Assembly (NCBI GenBank): GCA_963829305.1
Contig: CAWHHY010000027.1
Span: 4,370-68,369, forward strand
DNA length: 64,000 bases
Source of the DNA: an uncultured Actinomycetota bacterium
Lineage (GTDB): Bacteria > Actinomycetota > Actinomycetes > Mycobacteriales > Pseudonocardiaceae
Reading direction: 5' to 3'
The notes beneath the pieces were generated by a model. It had not been told where the DNA came from, did not search any database, and saw only the letters and a program-made list of their open reading frames with translations. Both the position numbers and the translations under genes were made by a program. This document shows, one piece after another, positions 36,329 to 45,897 of this stretch; within the stretch, counting starts at the first letter, position 1, and each line of letters starts with the position of its first letter.

Positions 36329-37645
36329 TTAGCGCAGGAATCCTTCGTAATTGCGCTGCATGAGCTGGCTCTCGATCTGCTTGACCGTGTCGAGGCCGAC
36401 CCCGACCATGATCAGCACCGCGGTGCCGCCGAACGGGAAGTTCTGGTTCCGGCCGCTGCCGGTGATGCCGAGGAAGAAGTTGGGCAGCACCGCGATGATC
36501 CCCAGATAGAGCGAGCCGGGCAGCGTGATGCGCGAGAGCACGAAGTTCAGGTACTCCGCCGTCGGCCTGCCGGGCCGGATGCCCGGGATGAACCCGCCGA
36601 ACTTCTTCATCTCATCCGCCCGCTCGTCGGGGTTGAACGTGATCCCGACGTAGAAGTACGTGAAGAAGATGATCAGCGCGATGTAGAGGATGATGTGCAG
36701 CCAGTTCGACTGGTCGACCAGATAGGTCTGCACGAACCGCTGGAACGCCCCGCCCTCCGAACCGGCCAGCCGGGAGATCAGGTCGGGCAGGTAGAGCAGC
36801 GACGATCCGAAGATCACCGGGATGACGCCGGCCTGGTTCACCTTGAGCGGCAGATAGGTCGACGTGCCGCCGTACATGCGCCGCCCGACCATGCGCTTGG
36901 CGTACTGGACGGGGATGCGCCGCTGGCCCTGCTCGACGAAGACGACGCTCGCGATGATTGCCAGGCCGAACACGCAGACGCCGGCGAAGACCAGCCCGCC
37001 GGAGTTCGACAGGATGTTGCGCCCTTCGGCGAGGATCCGGGCGGCGATCGACGAGAAGATCAGCAGCGACATGCCGTTGCCGATCCCGCGCTCGGTGACC
37101 TGCTCGCCCAGCCACATGATCACTGCGGTCCCCGCCGTCATCGTGACGACGATGATCGAAAGCGTGAAGATGCTGGATTCGGGGATGACCGGCTGGGTGC
37201 AGTTGCCGAACAGCTGCCCGCGGTCGGCCAATGCCACGATGCCGGTGGACTGCAGGATCGCCAGCGCGACCGTCAGGTAGCGGGTGTACTGGGTCAGCTT
37301 GTTCTGACCCGACTGCCCTTCCTTCTTCAGCTGCTCGAACCGCGGGATGACCACGGTCAGCAGCTGCACGATGATGCTGGCCGTGATGTAGGGCATGATG
37401 CCCAACGCGAAGATCGACAGCTGGAGCAGCGCCCCGCCGGAGAACAGGTTGATCAGCGAGTAGACGCTGGAGTTCTCTCCGCCTTCGACCTGCCGGATGC
37501 ACTCCTGGACGTTCGGGTACGACACCCCGGGCGCCGGGATCGCGGCGCCTAGACGGTAGACCGCGACCATCCCGAGCGTGAAGAGAATCTTCTTCCGGAG
37601 GTCCGGCGTGGTCAGGGCCGACCGGAAAGCGCTGAGCACCGACAT
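36329..37645 (-). CDS. secY: preprotein translocase subunit SecY
   Basis: 438 aa, 10-TM SecY (LFSGGALLQLSIFALGIMPYITASII). Confidence 0.96.
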   Translation of the reverse strand: MSVLSAFRSALTTPDLRKKILFTLGMVAVYRLGAAIPAPGVSYPNVQECIRQVEGGENSSVYSLINLFSGGALLQLSIFALGIMPYITASIIVQLLTVVIPRFEQLKKEGQSGQNKLTQYTRYLTVALAILQSTGIVALADRGQLFGNCTQPVIPESSIFTLSIIVVTMTAGTAVIMWLGEQVTERGIGNGMSLLIFSSIAARILAEGRNILSNSGGLVFAGVCVFGLAIIASVVFVEQGQRRIPVQYAKRMVGRRMYGGTSTYLPLKVNQAGVIPVIFGSSLLYLPDLISRLAGSEGGAFQRFVQTYLVDQSNWLHIILYIALIIFFTYFYVGITFNPDERADEMKKFGGFIPGIRPGRPTAEYLNFVLSRITLPGSLYLGIIAVLPNFFLGITGSGRNQNFPFGGTAVLIMVGVGLDTVKQIESQLMQRNYEGFLR

Positions 37646-37763
37646 CCTCCTGTAGTGACTCCGGGCGCAGGGGCCCGACGACCGGCGAGACCGCCGTCGC
37701 TCACCGGCGGACCGACGACCCGACCGGCGAGAGCGACTCTAACAGCGGCGCATGAGCCGATAC

Positions 37764-37803
37764 GGCACGGACCGGCGCCCCTGACGGAGTGCCGGTCCGT
37801 GCC
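37764..37803 (-). promoter_or_regulatory. 13-bp perfect stem-loop between rplO and secY
   Basis: GGCACGGACCGGC - 14 nt - GCCGGTCCGTGCC sits in the 221-nt rplO-secY spacer. No U-tract follows it. Confidence 0.4.
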
Positions 37804-37866
37804 GTCGACTGTGCTGGCCACCCGTCTGCCCGCCCGCTCCGCGGCGGCGGGAAGACGTGGGCTTGC

Positions 37867-38310
37867 CTAGAGCTCGGTGACCGAGCCGCCCGCACCGGTG
37901 ATCTTGTCGCGGGCACTGCCGGAGAACGCGTGCGCGCTGACCGTCAGCGCGACGCCGAGGTCGCCGTTGCCGAGGACCTTGACGGGCTTGTTGCGCCGGA
38001 CGGCGCCGGCCTCGGCCAGCTCCTCCGGACCCACCGTGCCGCCGTCGGGGAACAGCGTGCCGAGATCGCCCACGTTGACGACCTGGAACTCCACCCGGAA
38101 ACGGTTGCGGAAGCCCTTGAGCTTGGGCAGCCGCATGTGCAGCGGCATCTGCCCGCCCTCGAAGCCGGCAGGGACGTTCTTGCGAGCGCCCGTGCCCTTG
38201 GTACCGCGGCCGGCGGTCTTGCCGCCCTTGCCGCCCTCACCTCGACCGACGCGCCTCTTGGCGGTCTTGGCGCCCGCGGCGGGACGCAGGTCGTGAATCT
38301 TGATCGTCAT
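37867..38310 (-). CDS. rplO: 50S ribosomal protein L15
   Basis: 147-aa ORF with [18 protein letters not shown]. Confidence 0.95.
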   Translation of the reverse strand: MTIKIHDLRPAAGAKTAKRRVGRGEGGKGGKTAGRGTKGTGARKNVPAGFEGGQMPLHMRLPKLKGFRNRFRVEFQVVNVGDLGTLFPDGGTVGPEELAEAGAVRRNKPVKVLGNGDLGVALTVSAHAFSGSARDKITGAGGSVTEL

Positions 38311-38492
38311 CAGGACACCTCCTCCACGGTCACGAGGTGGCGGACCGTGCGGATCATGCCGCGGATCTGCGGCGTGTCGTCGCGCTCCACGGACTGGCTG
38401 ATCTTGCGCAGCCCGAGCGAGAGAAGCGTGGCTCGCTGGTTCTGCTTGCCACCGATCGCGCTGCGCACCTGGGTGATCTTCAGTGTCGCCAC
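38310..38492 (-). CDS. rpmD: 50S ribosomal protein L30
   Basis: 60-aa ORF starting [23 protein letters not shown]. Confidence 0.95.
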   Translation of the reverse strand: MATLKITQVRSAIGGKQNQRATLLSLGLRKISQSVERDDTPQIRGMIRTVRHLVTVEEVS

Positions 38493-38496
38493 CGGG

Positions 38497-39129
38497 TCAC
38501 CTCGCAGCCTGCGCGGCCGCAGCCCGGTCGCGCAGCATCTTGGCGGGAGCGACGTCCTCCAGCGGCAGGCCGCGGCGGGCCGCGACCTCCTCGGGACGCT
38601 GGATCTGCTTCAGCGCGGCCACCGTGGCGTGCACGATGTTGATCGCGTTGTCGCTGCCGAGCGACTTGCTGAGGATGTCGTGGACGCCAGCACACTCCAG
38701 CACGGCACGCACCGGGCCACCGGCGATGACGCCGGTACCGGGGCTGGCCGGGCGCAGCATGACCACGCCCGCGGCCGCCTCACCCTGCACGCGGTGGACG
38801 ATCGTGCCGCCGATGCGCGGGACGCGGAAGAAGTTCTTCTTCGCCTCCTCGACACCCTTGGCGATCGCCGCCGGCACCTCCTTGGCCTTGCCGTAGCCGA
38901 CGCCCACCAGGCCGTCGCCGTCGCCGACGATCATCAGCGCGGTGAAGCTGAAGCGCCGGCCGCCCTTGACCACCTTGGCGACACGGTTGATCGTCACCAG
39001 GCGCTCGATGTACGGGGTCTTGTCCTGGGCCGCCCCGCCACGGCCCCCGTCGCGGCGGTCCCGGCGGTCGCGGTTGTCGCCGCTGCCACCCCCGGGGCCC
39101 CCGCCGTCACGCCGTGCACGTCCCGGCAT
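38497..39129 (-). CDS. rpsE: 30S ribosomal protein S5
   Basis: 210-aa ORF with a Gly/Arg-rich N-terminus, then [24 protein letters not shown]. Confidence 0.95.
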   Translation of the reverse strand: MPGRARRDGGGPGGGSGDNRDRRDRRDGGRGGAAQDKTPYIERLVTINRVAKVVKGGRRFSFTALMIVGDGDGLVGVGYGKAKEVPAAIAKGVEEAKKNFFRVPRIGGTIVHRVQGEAAAGVVMLRPASPGTGVIAGGPVRAVLECAGVHDILSKSLGSDNAINIVHATVAALKQIQRPEEVAARRGLPLEDVAPAKMLRDRAAAAQAAR

Positions 39130-39173
39130 CAGGCGTTCCCTTCCATCATCTTGATCTTGTACTGGACCATCAT

Positions 39174-39584
39174 CTAGAACTCCAGACCGCCCTCACGGGC
39201 GGCGTCGGCGAGCGCGGCGATCCGGCCGTGGTAGAGGTAGCCACCCCGGTCGAACACGACCGCGGTCACCCCGGCCTCGCGGGCACGGGCGGCGAGCAGC
39301 TCCCCGACCTTCGCGGCCTTCGCCTTCTTGTCGCCCTCGAGCGCCCGGACGTCGGTCTCCAGAGTGGACGCCGCCGCCAGCGTGTGGCCGGCCACGTCGT
39401 CGATCAGCTGGGCCACCATGTGCCGCGAGCTGCGGTTGACCACCAGGCGCGGACGCGCCGGGGTGCCGCTGACCTTCTTGCGCAGGCGGGCGTGCCGACG
39501 GGTGCGCGAGCGGCGCCGCTCCAGCGAGACGCGGGACGCGGTGCGCTTCTTCGCGTTGGCAGAAAGTGTATCGGCCATGATCAC
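39174..39584 (-). CDS. rplR: 50S ribosomal protein L18
   Basis: 136-aa ORF with [19 protein letters not shown]...[28 protein letters not shown]. Confidence 0.95.
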   Translation of the reverse strand: MIMADTLSANAKKRTASRVSLERRRSRTRRHARLRKKVSGTPARPRLVVNRSSRHMVAQLIDDVAGHTLAAASTLETDVRALEGDKKAKAAKVGELLAARAREAGVTAVVFDRGGYLYHGRIAALADAAREGGLEF

Positions 39585-40120
39585 TTACCCGTCTTTCCGA
39601 CCTTGCGCCGGACGACCTCGCCGGCGTACCGCACGCCCTTGCCCTTGTACGGCTCCGGCTTGCGGATCTTGCGGATGTTCGCGGCGGTCTCGCCGACCAG
39701 CTGCTTGTCGATGCCCGACACGGAGAACCGCGTGGGGGCCTCGACGGCAAAGGTGACGCCGGCAGGTGGCTCGACCACGACCGGGTGGCTGAAGCCGAGG
39801 GCGAACTCGAGGTTCGCCCCGCGCAGCGCGACGCGGTAGCCGACGCCGACGATCTCCAGCTTCTTCTCGTAGCCGTCGGTCACGCCGGTGACGAGGTTCT
39901 GGACGAGCGAACGCGACAGGCCGTGCATGGCCTTGCTGCGCCGCTCGTCGTCCGGCCGCTTGAGCTGCACCGTGCCGTCGTCGGCACGCTCGATGCTGAT
40001 GGGCTCGACCACCGTGTGCGACAGGGTGCCCTTCGGCCCCTTGACCGTCACCGTGCGGCCGTCGATGGCCACGTCCACCCCGGACGGCACGGTGATCGGA
40101 AGCTTCCCGATGCGGGACAT
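39581..40120 (-). CDS. rplF: 50S ribosomal protein L6
   Basis: 179-aa ORF starting [17 protein letters not shown]. Confidence 0.95.
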   Translation of the reverse strand: MSRIGKLPITVPSGVDVAIDGRTVTVKGPKGTLSHTVVEPISIERADDGTVQLKRPDDERRSKAMHGLSRSLVQNLVTGVTDGYEKKLEIVGVGYRVALRGANLEFALGFSHPVVVEPPAGVTFAVEAPTRFSVSGIDKQLVGETAANIRKIRKPEPYKGKGVRYAGEVVRRKVGKTGK

Positions 40121-40132
40121 AGTTCTAACCCC

Positions 40133-40531
40133 TCACCAGACGTAGGCGAGGACTTCGCCGCCCACGCCGTTCTTGTGCGCCTGCCGCTCGGTCTGGAGAC
40201 CGTTCGACGTCGAGATGATCGCGACACCCAGGCCCCCGAGGACCCGGGGCAGGTTGGTCGACTTCGCGTAGACCCGCAGGCCGGGCTTGGACACCCGGCG
40301 CAGGCCCGCGATGCTGCGCTCGCGGTTGCGCCCGTACTTGAGCTCGATCACCAGGGTCTTGCCGACCTCGGCGTCCTCGGTGCGGTGCGACGCGATGTAG
40401 CCCTCGCGCTGCAGGATCTCGGCGATCGCCACCTTCAGCTTCGAGTGCGGCATCACGACCTGGTCGTGGTAGGCCGAGTTCGCGTTGCGCAGACGCGTGA
40501 GCATGTCTGCGATCGGATCGGTCATCGTCAT
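40133..40531 (-). CDS. rpsH: 30S ribosomal protein S8
   Basis: Internal ATG of the 272-aa [23 protein letters not shown], 132 aa. The upstream part of that ORF is repeat-derived. Confidence 0.95.
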   Translation of the reverse strand: MTMTDPIADMLTRLRNANSAYHDQVVMPHSKLKVAIAEILQREGYIASHRTEDAEVGKTLVIELKYGRNRERSIAGLRRVSKPGLRVYAKSTNLPRVLGGLGVAIISTSNGLQTERQAHKNGVGGEVLAYVW

Positions 40532-40621
40532 GGTGACGTGGTCACTTTCCCGCCGCGGTTCCCCGCTCCCCCGGATCCGGGTGTCCCGGAGGGGCGGAGC
40601 AGGGCCTACGGCGATTCGGGT

Positions 40622-40760
40622 TTGTTGATCCGGTGCGGGGCGGCCGGCCCGCTTGTGATCCGGCGCGGGGCGGCCGCTCCGCACGGAGTGCGGGGTGGAC
40701 GCGTCGTGGCCGGATCGGTCACAGTGCGGGGCGGACGCGTCGCGTCCGGATCGGTCACAG
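40622..40760 (+). repeat. composite of the 68-nt nested-palindrome repeat (copy B plus two partial copies) between rpsN and rpsH
   Basis: A partial 5' copy lies at 40627-40652 (24/26 identical), the full copy at 40657-40724 (65/68 identical to 27394-27461), and a partial 3' copy at 40725-40760. The last copy ends at GGTCACAG, directly abutting the rpsN stop codon. Confidence 0.85.
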
Positions 40761-40946
40761 TTACCAGCTGCTCTTGCTGACGCCGGGCAGTTCGCCGCGG
40801 TGCGCCATCTGTCGGACACAGATGCGGCACAGCCCGAACTTGCGCAGCACCGCGCGGGGACGCCCGCACTTCTGGCAGCGGGTGTAGCCGCGGACCTTGA
40901 ACTTCGGCTTGGCCGCGGCCTTGATGACGAGGGCCTTCTTGGCCAT
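40761..40946 (-). CDS. rpsN: 30S ribosomal protein S14, zinc-binding type Z (61 aa)
   Basis: [61 protein letters not shown], with CxxC...CxxC. Confidence 0.95.
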   Translation of the reverse strand: MAKKALVIKAAAKPKFKVRGYTRCQKCGRPRAVLRKFGLCRICVRQMAHRGELPGVSKSSW

Positions 40947-40947
40947 C

Positions 40948-41511
40948 TCATGCCTCCCTGAACGGGAAGCCCAGACGGCGCAGCAGCGCCCGGCCCTCCT
41001 CGTCCGTTGTCGCCGTCGTGACGACGGTGATGTCCATGCCGCGCGGGCGGTCGATGCTGTCCGGGTTGATCTCGTGGAACATCGACTGCTCCGTGAGACC
41101 GAACGTGTAGTTGCCCCGGCCGTCGAACTGGGTCGGCGACAGGCCGCGGAAGTCACGGATACGCGGCAGCGCGATCGTCAACAGCCGGTCCAGGAACTCC
41201 CACATCCGGTCGCCGCGCAGCGTGACCTTCGCGCCGATCGGCATGCCCTCGCGCAGCTTGAACTGCGCGATGGACTTGGTCGCCCGGCGGACCTGCGGCT
41301 TCTGGCCGGTGATCGTGGCCAGGTCGCGAACCGCGCCGTCGATCAGCTTGGCGTCGCGGGCGGCGTCGCCGACACCCATGTTGACGACGACCTTGACGAC
41401 ACCCGGGATCTGCATGACGTTGCCGTAGCCGAACTGCTCCTGCAGCCCGTCACGGATCTCGTCGCGGTAGCGCTGCTTGAGCCGCGGCGCGACGCGTTCT
41501 GCCGTGGTCAT
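40948..41511 (-). CDS. rplE: 50S ribosomal protein L5
   Basis: 187-aa ORF with [18 protein letters not shown]. Confidence 0.95.
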   Translation of the reverse strand: MTTAERVAPRLKQRYRDEIRDGLQEQFGYGNVMQIPGVVKVVVNMGVGDAARDAKLIDGAVRDLATITGQKPQVRRATKSIAQFKLREGMPIGAKVTLRGDRMWEFLDRLLTIALPRIRDFRGLSPTQFDGRGNYTFGLTEQSMFHEINPDSIDRPRGMDITVVTTATTDEEGRALLRRLGFPFREA

Positions 41512-41826
41512 CAGATCTCCTTCCCGTTGCGCCGGGAGATCCGGACCCGCTTGCCGTCGTCCGTGGTCTTCTTGCCCAGGCGCGCCGGCTTGCCGTCGGA
41601 GTCGATCACCATCACGTTCGAGACGTGGATCGGCGCCTCCTGGGTGACGATCCCGCCCGACTGCGCGCCGCGCTGGTTCTGGCTCACCCGGGTGTGCTTC
41701 TTGATCCGGTTGACGCCCTCGACGAGCACCCGGTCACGCGTCGGGTAGGCCTGGATGACCTTGCCCTTGGCGCCCTTGTCCTTGCCGGCGATCACCAGGA
41801 CGCGTGTCGCCCTTCTTGACCTTCAT
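41511..41826 (-). CDS. rplX: 50S ribosomal protein L24; reading frame broken by one extra nt near 41802
   Basis: The main frame from 41801 gives [20 protein letters not shown]...RNGKEI. The canonical first 8 codons ATG AAG GTC AAG AAG GGC GAC ACG (MKVKKGDT, 41826-41803) are in a different frame. Confidence 0.85.
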
Positions 41827-41833
41827 CTTGCTT

Positions 41834-42203
41834 CTACAACACCTCCGGCGCGAGGGAGATGATCTTCATGAACCGCTTGTCGCGAAGCTCGCGACCGACC
41901 GGGCCGAAGATGCGGGTCCCCCGCGGCTCGCCGTCCGTGCTTGATCAGCACGGCGGCGTTCTCGTCGAACCGGATGTAGGAGCCGTCCGGCCGGCGCTTC
42001 TCCTTGACGGTGCGCACGATGACGGCCTTGACGACGTCACCGCGCTTCACCCCGGCGCCCGGGATGGCTTCCTTCACCGTGGCGACGATGATGTCGCCGA
42101 TGCCGGCGTAGCGCCGCGCCGAGCCGCCCAGCACCCGGATGCAGAGGATCTCCTTGGCACCGGTGTTGTCCGCGACGCGAAGCCGCGACTCCTGCTGGAT
42201 CAC
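41834..42203 (-). CDS. rplN: 50S ribosomal protein L14; reading frame broken by one extra nt near 41936
   Basis: The first 88 aa are canonical ([27 protein letters not shown]...[10 protein letters not shown]). The conserved C-terminus [33 protein letters not shown] plus TAG (41935-41834) lies in another frame. The as-read ORF ends at 41823 with an unrelated Arg-rich tail. Confidence 0.85.
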
Positions 42204-42481
42204 TTCGCCTTCTCCAGGATCTCGACGAGCCGCCAGCGCTTCGTCGCCGACAGCGGCCGCGTCTCCATCAGGCGGACCCGGTCGCCGACGCCGGCCGTGT
42301 TGGCCTCGTCATGCGCCTTGACCTTGCTGGTCCGCCGGATGACCTTGCCGTACAGCGGGTGCTTCACCCGATCCTCGAGGCTGACCACGATCGTCTTGTC
42401 CATCTTGTCGGACACGACCAGTCCCTCACGGACCTTTCGCTCCCCGCGCGGCTTCGAACTCGAGTCGAGTCGCTCGGTCAT
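42200..42481 (-). CDS. rpsQ: 30S ribosomal protein S17
   Basis: 93-aa ORF with [25 protein letters not shown]. Confidence 0.95.
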   Translation of the reverse strand: MTERLDSSSKPRGERKVREGLVVSDKMDKTIVVSLEDRVKHPLYGKVIRRTSKVKAHDEANTAGVGDRVRLMETRPLSATKRWRLVEILEKAK

Positions 42482-42723
42482 GACACTTCACCCATCTCCT
42501 GAGGCGCGCTGGACAACCCGAGCTCGCGCTCCCGCATCACCGTGTAGACCCGCGCGATGTCGTGGCGGACGGTGCGCAGCCGCTGGTTGTTGTCCAGCTG
42601 CCCGGTGGCCATCTGGAATCGGAGGTTGAACAGCTCCTCCTTGGCCTCCCGGACCCGCAGCACGAGCTCCTCGTCGGTCAGCTCGCGCAGGTCGGCGGCC
42701 GTCGTCGCGGTACCGCGCGCCAT
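42478..42723 (-). CDS. rpmC: 50S ribosomal protein L29
   Basis: 81-aa ORF with [32 protein letters not shown]. Confidence 0.93.
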   Translation of the reverse strand: MARGTATTAADLRELTDEELVLRVREAKEELFNLRFQMATGQLDNNQRLRTVRHDIARVYTVMRERELGLSSAPQEMGEVS

Positions 42724-43142
42724 CAGATGTCACCACCCTCACGGGTCACGATCCGGCACTTCATCGGCAGCTTGTGGATCGCGCGGCGCAGCGCCTCGCG
42801 CGCGGTCTGCTCGTTCGGGTAGCTCATCTCGAACAGGATGCGGCCCGGCTTGACGTTGGCGATCCAGAACTCCGGCGAGCCCTTACCGGAACCCATGCGG
42901 GTCTCGGCCGGCTTCTTGGTCAGCGGCCGGTCCGGGAAGATGTTGATCCAGACCTTGCCACCACGGCGGATGTGCCGGTTGATCGCGATACGCGCCGACT
43001 CGATCTGCCGGTTCGTCACGTACGCAGGCTCCAGCGCCTGGATGCCGAGGTCGCCGAACGTGACACGGGTGCCACCGGAGGCCGCGCCGGTGCGGTGCGG
43101 CCGGTGCTGCTTGCGGTGCTTGACCTTGCGGGGGATCAGCAT
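42723..43142 (-). CDS. rplP: 50S ribosomal protein L16
   Basis: Internal ATG of the 216-aa [22 protein letters not shown], 139 aa. Confidence 0.95.
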   Translation of the reverse strand: MLIPRKVKHRKQHRPHRTGAASGGTRVTFGDLGIQALEPAYVTNRQIESARIAINRHIRRGGKVWINIFPDRPLTKKPAETRMGSGKGSPEFWIANVKPGRILFEMSYPNEQTAREALRRAIHKLPMKCRIVTREGGDI

Positions 43143-43144
43143 GA

Positions 43145-43998
43145 CTATGCCTCCCCACCCTGCAGCTGCGTTGCCCGAGCGAGCGCTGGTCCGCCTCGAT
43201 GGTCGCGATGCCACCGCTGTTGTCCGGGGCGTCGGCGCGCTCGGCGGCGGCCCGCCCGGCCTCGGTCCCGGCCGACGTGGTGCCCGAGGCACCCGACCGG
43301 CGGCGCTGCGGACGCTCACGCCGCGGAGCCCGATCCGCGCTCGGCGCGGCCGGCACACCCTCGCGGCGGCCACCGACGACGTCGCCCTTGTAGATCCACA
43401 CCTTCACGCCGATGCGGCCGAAGGTGGTGCGGGCCTCGAACAGGCCGTAGTCGATGTCCGCGCGCAGCGTGTGCAGCGGAACGCGACCCTCGCGGTAGAA
43501 CTCCGAGCGCGACATCTCCGCGCCACCCAGGCGGCCCGAGCACTGCACCCGGATGCCCTTGACCTGCGGGCTGCGCATGGCCGACTGGATCGCCTTGCGC
43601 ATCGCGCGGCGGAACGCCACACGGTTGCTCAGCTGCTCGGCGACGCCCTGCGCGACGAGCTGCGCGTCCGACTCGGCGTTCTTGACCTCGAGGATGTTGA
43701 GCTGGACCTGCTTCTTGGTCAGCTTCTCGAGCTGGCCACGGATGCGGTCCGCCTCGGCACCCCGCCGGCCGATCACGATGCCCGGGCGCGCGGTGTGGAT
43801 GTCCACCCGCACGCGGTCCCGGGTGCGCTCGATCTCGACCTTGGAGATGCCGGCCCGCTCCATGCCCTTGGAGAGCATGCGGCGGATCTCGACGTCTTCC
43901 TTCACGTACTCCGCGTACTGCTTGTCCGCGAACCAGCGCGACTTCCAGTCGGTGGTGATCCCGAGCCGGAACCCGTGCGGGTTGATCTTCTGACCCAT
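43145..43998 (-). CDS. rpsC: 30S ribosomal protein S3; expected stop is out of frame with the start
   Basis: [23 protein letters not shown] is canonical. The as-read frame has no stop until 42883, 260 nt into rplP. A TAG at 43145-43147, 2 nt before the rplP ATG, lies in another frame. Confidence 0.85.
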
Positions 43999-44393
43999 CA
44001 GCGGGCCCTCCCCTTCGCACCGCCGCGTCCGCCGCGCCCGGTCTTGGCGGGCACGGACTCGACCTCGACGGTGATGTGGCTCGTGCGCTTGCGGATCCGG
44101 TAGGCGCGGCCCTGGGCACGCGGCCGGATGCGCTTCAGCGTCGGGCCCTCGTCGGCGTAGGCCGCGGCCACCACGAGGGTGTCGCGGTCCAGGTCCAGGT
44201 TGTTCTCCGCGTTCGCGGCCGCACTGGCGACGACCTTGAACAGCGGGCGCGCCGCGGCGTGCGGGGTGAACCGCAGGATGTCCAGGGCCTCCGCCACGGG
44301 GCGGCCCTTGATCATCGCGACGACGCGCCGCACCTTCGTCGGCGACATGTGGACGTACTTCGCGATGGCACGGGCCCGAGCGGGCTCGAGCAC
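43998..44393 (-). CDS. rplV: 50S ribosomal protein L22 (start ambiguous)
   Basis: The as-read ORF starts at GTG 44393 ((M)[23 protein letters not shown]) and has no SD. An ATG at 44425 with a strong GGAGAGGG SD is in a different frame. Confidence 0.88.
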   Translation of the reverse strand: MLEPARARAIAKYVHMSPTKVRRVVAMIKGRPVAEALDILRFTPHAAARPLFKVVASAAANAENNLDLDRDTLVVAAAYADEGPTLKRIRPRAQGRAYRIRKRTSHITVEVESVPAKTGRGGRGGAKGRAR

Positions 44394-44453
44394 CGCGACA
44401 GGGCTCTGGGCGGCATCTCCGTCATGACTTCCCTCTCCTTCGTCTGCTCGAAC

Positions 44454-44735
44454 TCAGCGCCTGCGCGCCTTGCGGTCGTCCTTGATATGGCCCCGGAAGG
44501 TCCGGGTTGGGGCGAACTCCCCCAGCTTGTGGCCGACCATCGAGTCGGACACGAACACCGGCACGTGCTTGCGGCCGTCGTGCACCGCAATCGTGTGGCC
44601 GATCATGTCCGGGATGATGGTGGACCGGCGGGACCAGGTCCGGATCACGGTCTTCTTGCCGGATTCGTTGAGGACGTCCACCTTCTTGAGCAGGTGGTCG
44701 TCCACGAAGGGGCCCTTCTTCAGGCTGCGCGGCAT
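44454..44735 (-). CDS. rpsS: 30S ribosomal protein S19
   Basis: 93-aa ORF starting [19 protein letters not shown]. Confidence 0.96.
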   Translation of the reverse strand: MPRSLKKGPFVDDHLLKKVDVLNESGKKTVIRTWSRRSTIIPDMIGHTIAVHDGRKHVPVFVSDSMVGHKLGEFAPTRTFRGHIKDDRKARRR

Positions 44736-44749
44736 CTTTACCTCCCTGC

Positions 44750-45583
44750 TCAGCGCTTCTTGCCGGTACGGCGCCGGCGGACGATCAACTTGTCGGACGG
44801 CTTGGTGCGGCGGGTGCGGCCTTCCGGCTTGCCCGAGGGGTTGACCGGGTGGCGACCACCGGAGGTCTTGCCCTCACCACCGCCGTGCGGGTGGTCGACC
44901 GGGTTCATCGCGACACCGCGGACGGTCGGGCGCTTGCCCTTCCACCGCATGCGGCCCGCCTTACCCCAGTTGATGTTGCTGTGCTCGGCGTTGCCCACCT
45001 CGCCGACGGTCGCGCGACAGCGGACGTCGACGTTGCGGATCTCGCCGGACGGCATGCGCAGCTGCGCGTATGGGCCGTCCTTGGCCACGAGCTGCACGCC
45101 GGAACCGGCCGAGCGGGCGATCTTGGCACCGCCACCCGGGCGGAGCTCGATCGCGTGCACCACGGTGCCGGTCGGGATGTTGCGCAGCGGCAGGTTGTTG
45201 CCGACCTTGATGTCGGCCCGGGGGCCTGCCTCCACCTTGTCGCCCTGCCGCAGGCGGGCCGGCGCGATGATGTAGCGCTTCTCGCCGTCCGCGTAGTGCA
45301 GCAGCGCGATCCGGCTGGTGCGGTTCGGGTCGTACTCGATGTGCGCGACCGTGGCCGGCACGCCGTCCTTGTCGTTGCGCCGGAAGTCGATCAGCCGGTA
45401 CGCCCGCTTGTGACCACCGCCCTGGTGGCGGGTCGTCACCTTGCCGTGGACGTTCCGGCCGCCCTTGCCGTGCAGCGGACGGACGAGCGACTTCTCCGGC
45501 GTGGACCGCGTGATCTCGGCGAAGTCCGAGACGCTCGAGCCGCGGCGGCCGGGGGTGGTCGGCTTGTACTTGCGGATGCCCAT
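44750..45583 (-). CDS. rplB: 50S ribosomal protein L2
   Basis: 277-aa ORF starting [21 protein letters not shown]. Confidence 0.96.
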   Translation of the reverse strand: MGIRKYKPTTPGRRGSSVSDFAEITRSTPEKSLVRPLHGKGGRNVHGKVTTRHQGGGHKRAYRLIDFRRNDKDGVPATVAHIEYDPNRTSRIALLHYADGEKRYIIAPARLRQGDKVEAGPRADIKVGNNLPLRNIPTGTVVHAIELRPGGGAKIARSAGSGVQLVAKDGPYAQLRMPSGEIRNVDVRCRATVGEVGNAEHSNINWGKAGRMRWKGKRPTVRGVAMNPVDHPHGGGEGKTSGGRHPVNPSGKPEGRTRRTKPSDKLIVRRRRTGKKR

Positions 45584-45597
45584 GTTCTCTTAGCCCC

Positions 45598-45897
45598 TCA
45601 GCTCGCCGGGCCACCGAACACGTCGATCGTCCGGCTCTCCTGGGAGAGCGTGACGATCGCGCGCTTGGTGTCCTTGCGCTTGCCGTAGCCGGTGCGGGTG
45701 CGCTTGCGCTTGCCCGGGCGGTTCAGCGTGTTCACGCTGAGCACCTTGACGCCGAACACCTTCTCCACGGCGATCTTGATCTGGGTCTTGTTGGCGTCCG
45801 GCCGCACGATGAAGGTGTACTGGCGCTCCTCGAGCAGCCCGTAGCTCTTCTCCGAGACCACCGGCGCGAGCAGGATGTCCCGCGGGTCGGGGATCAC
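45598..45897 (-). CDS. rplW: 50S ribosomal protein L23
   Basis: 99-aa ORF with [33 protein letters not shown]. Confidence 0.94.
   Translation of the reverse strand: MIPDPRDILLAPVVSEKSYGLLEERQYTFIVRPDANKTQIKIAVEKVFGVKVLSVNTLNRPGKRKRTRTGYGKRKDTKRAIVTLSQESRTIDVFGGPAS

Noticed and set aside
41796-41940. Programmed ribosomal frameshifting as the explanation for the rplN and rplX lesions
   Set aside because: There is no slippery X XXY YYZ heptamer or obvious stimulatory structure at either site. Both lesions look like simple 1-nt insertions relative to conserved protein sequence.
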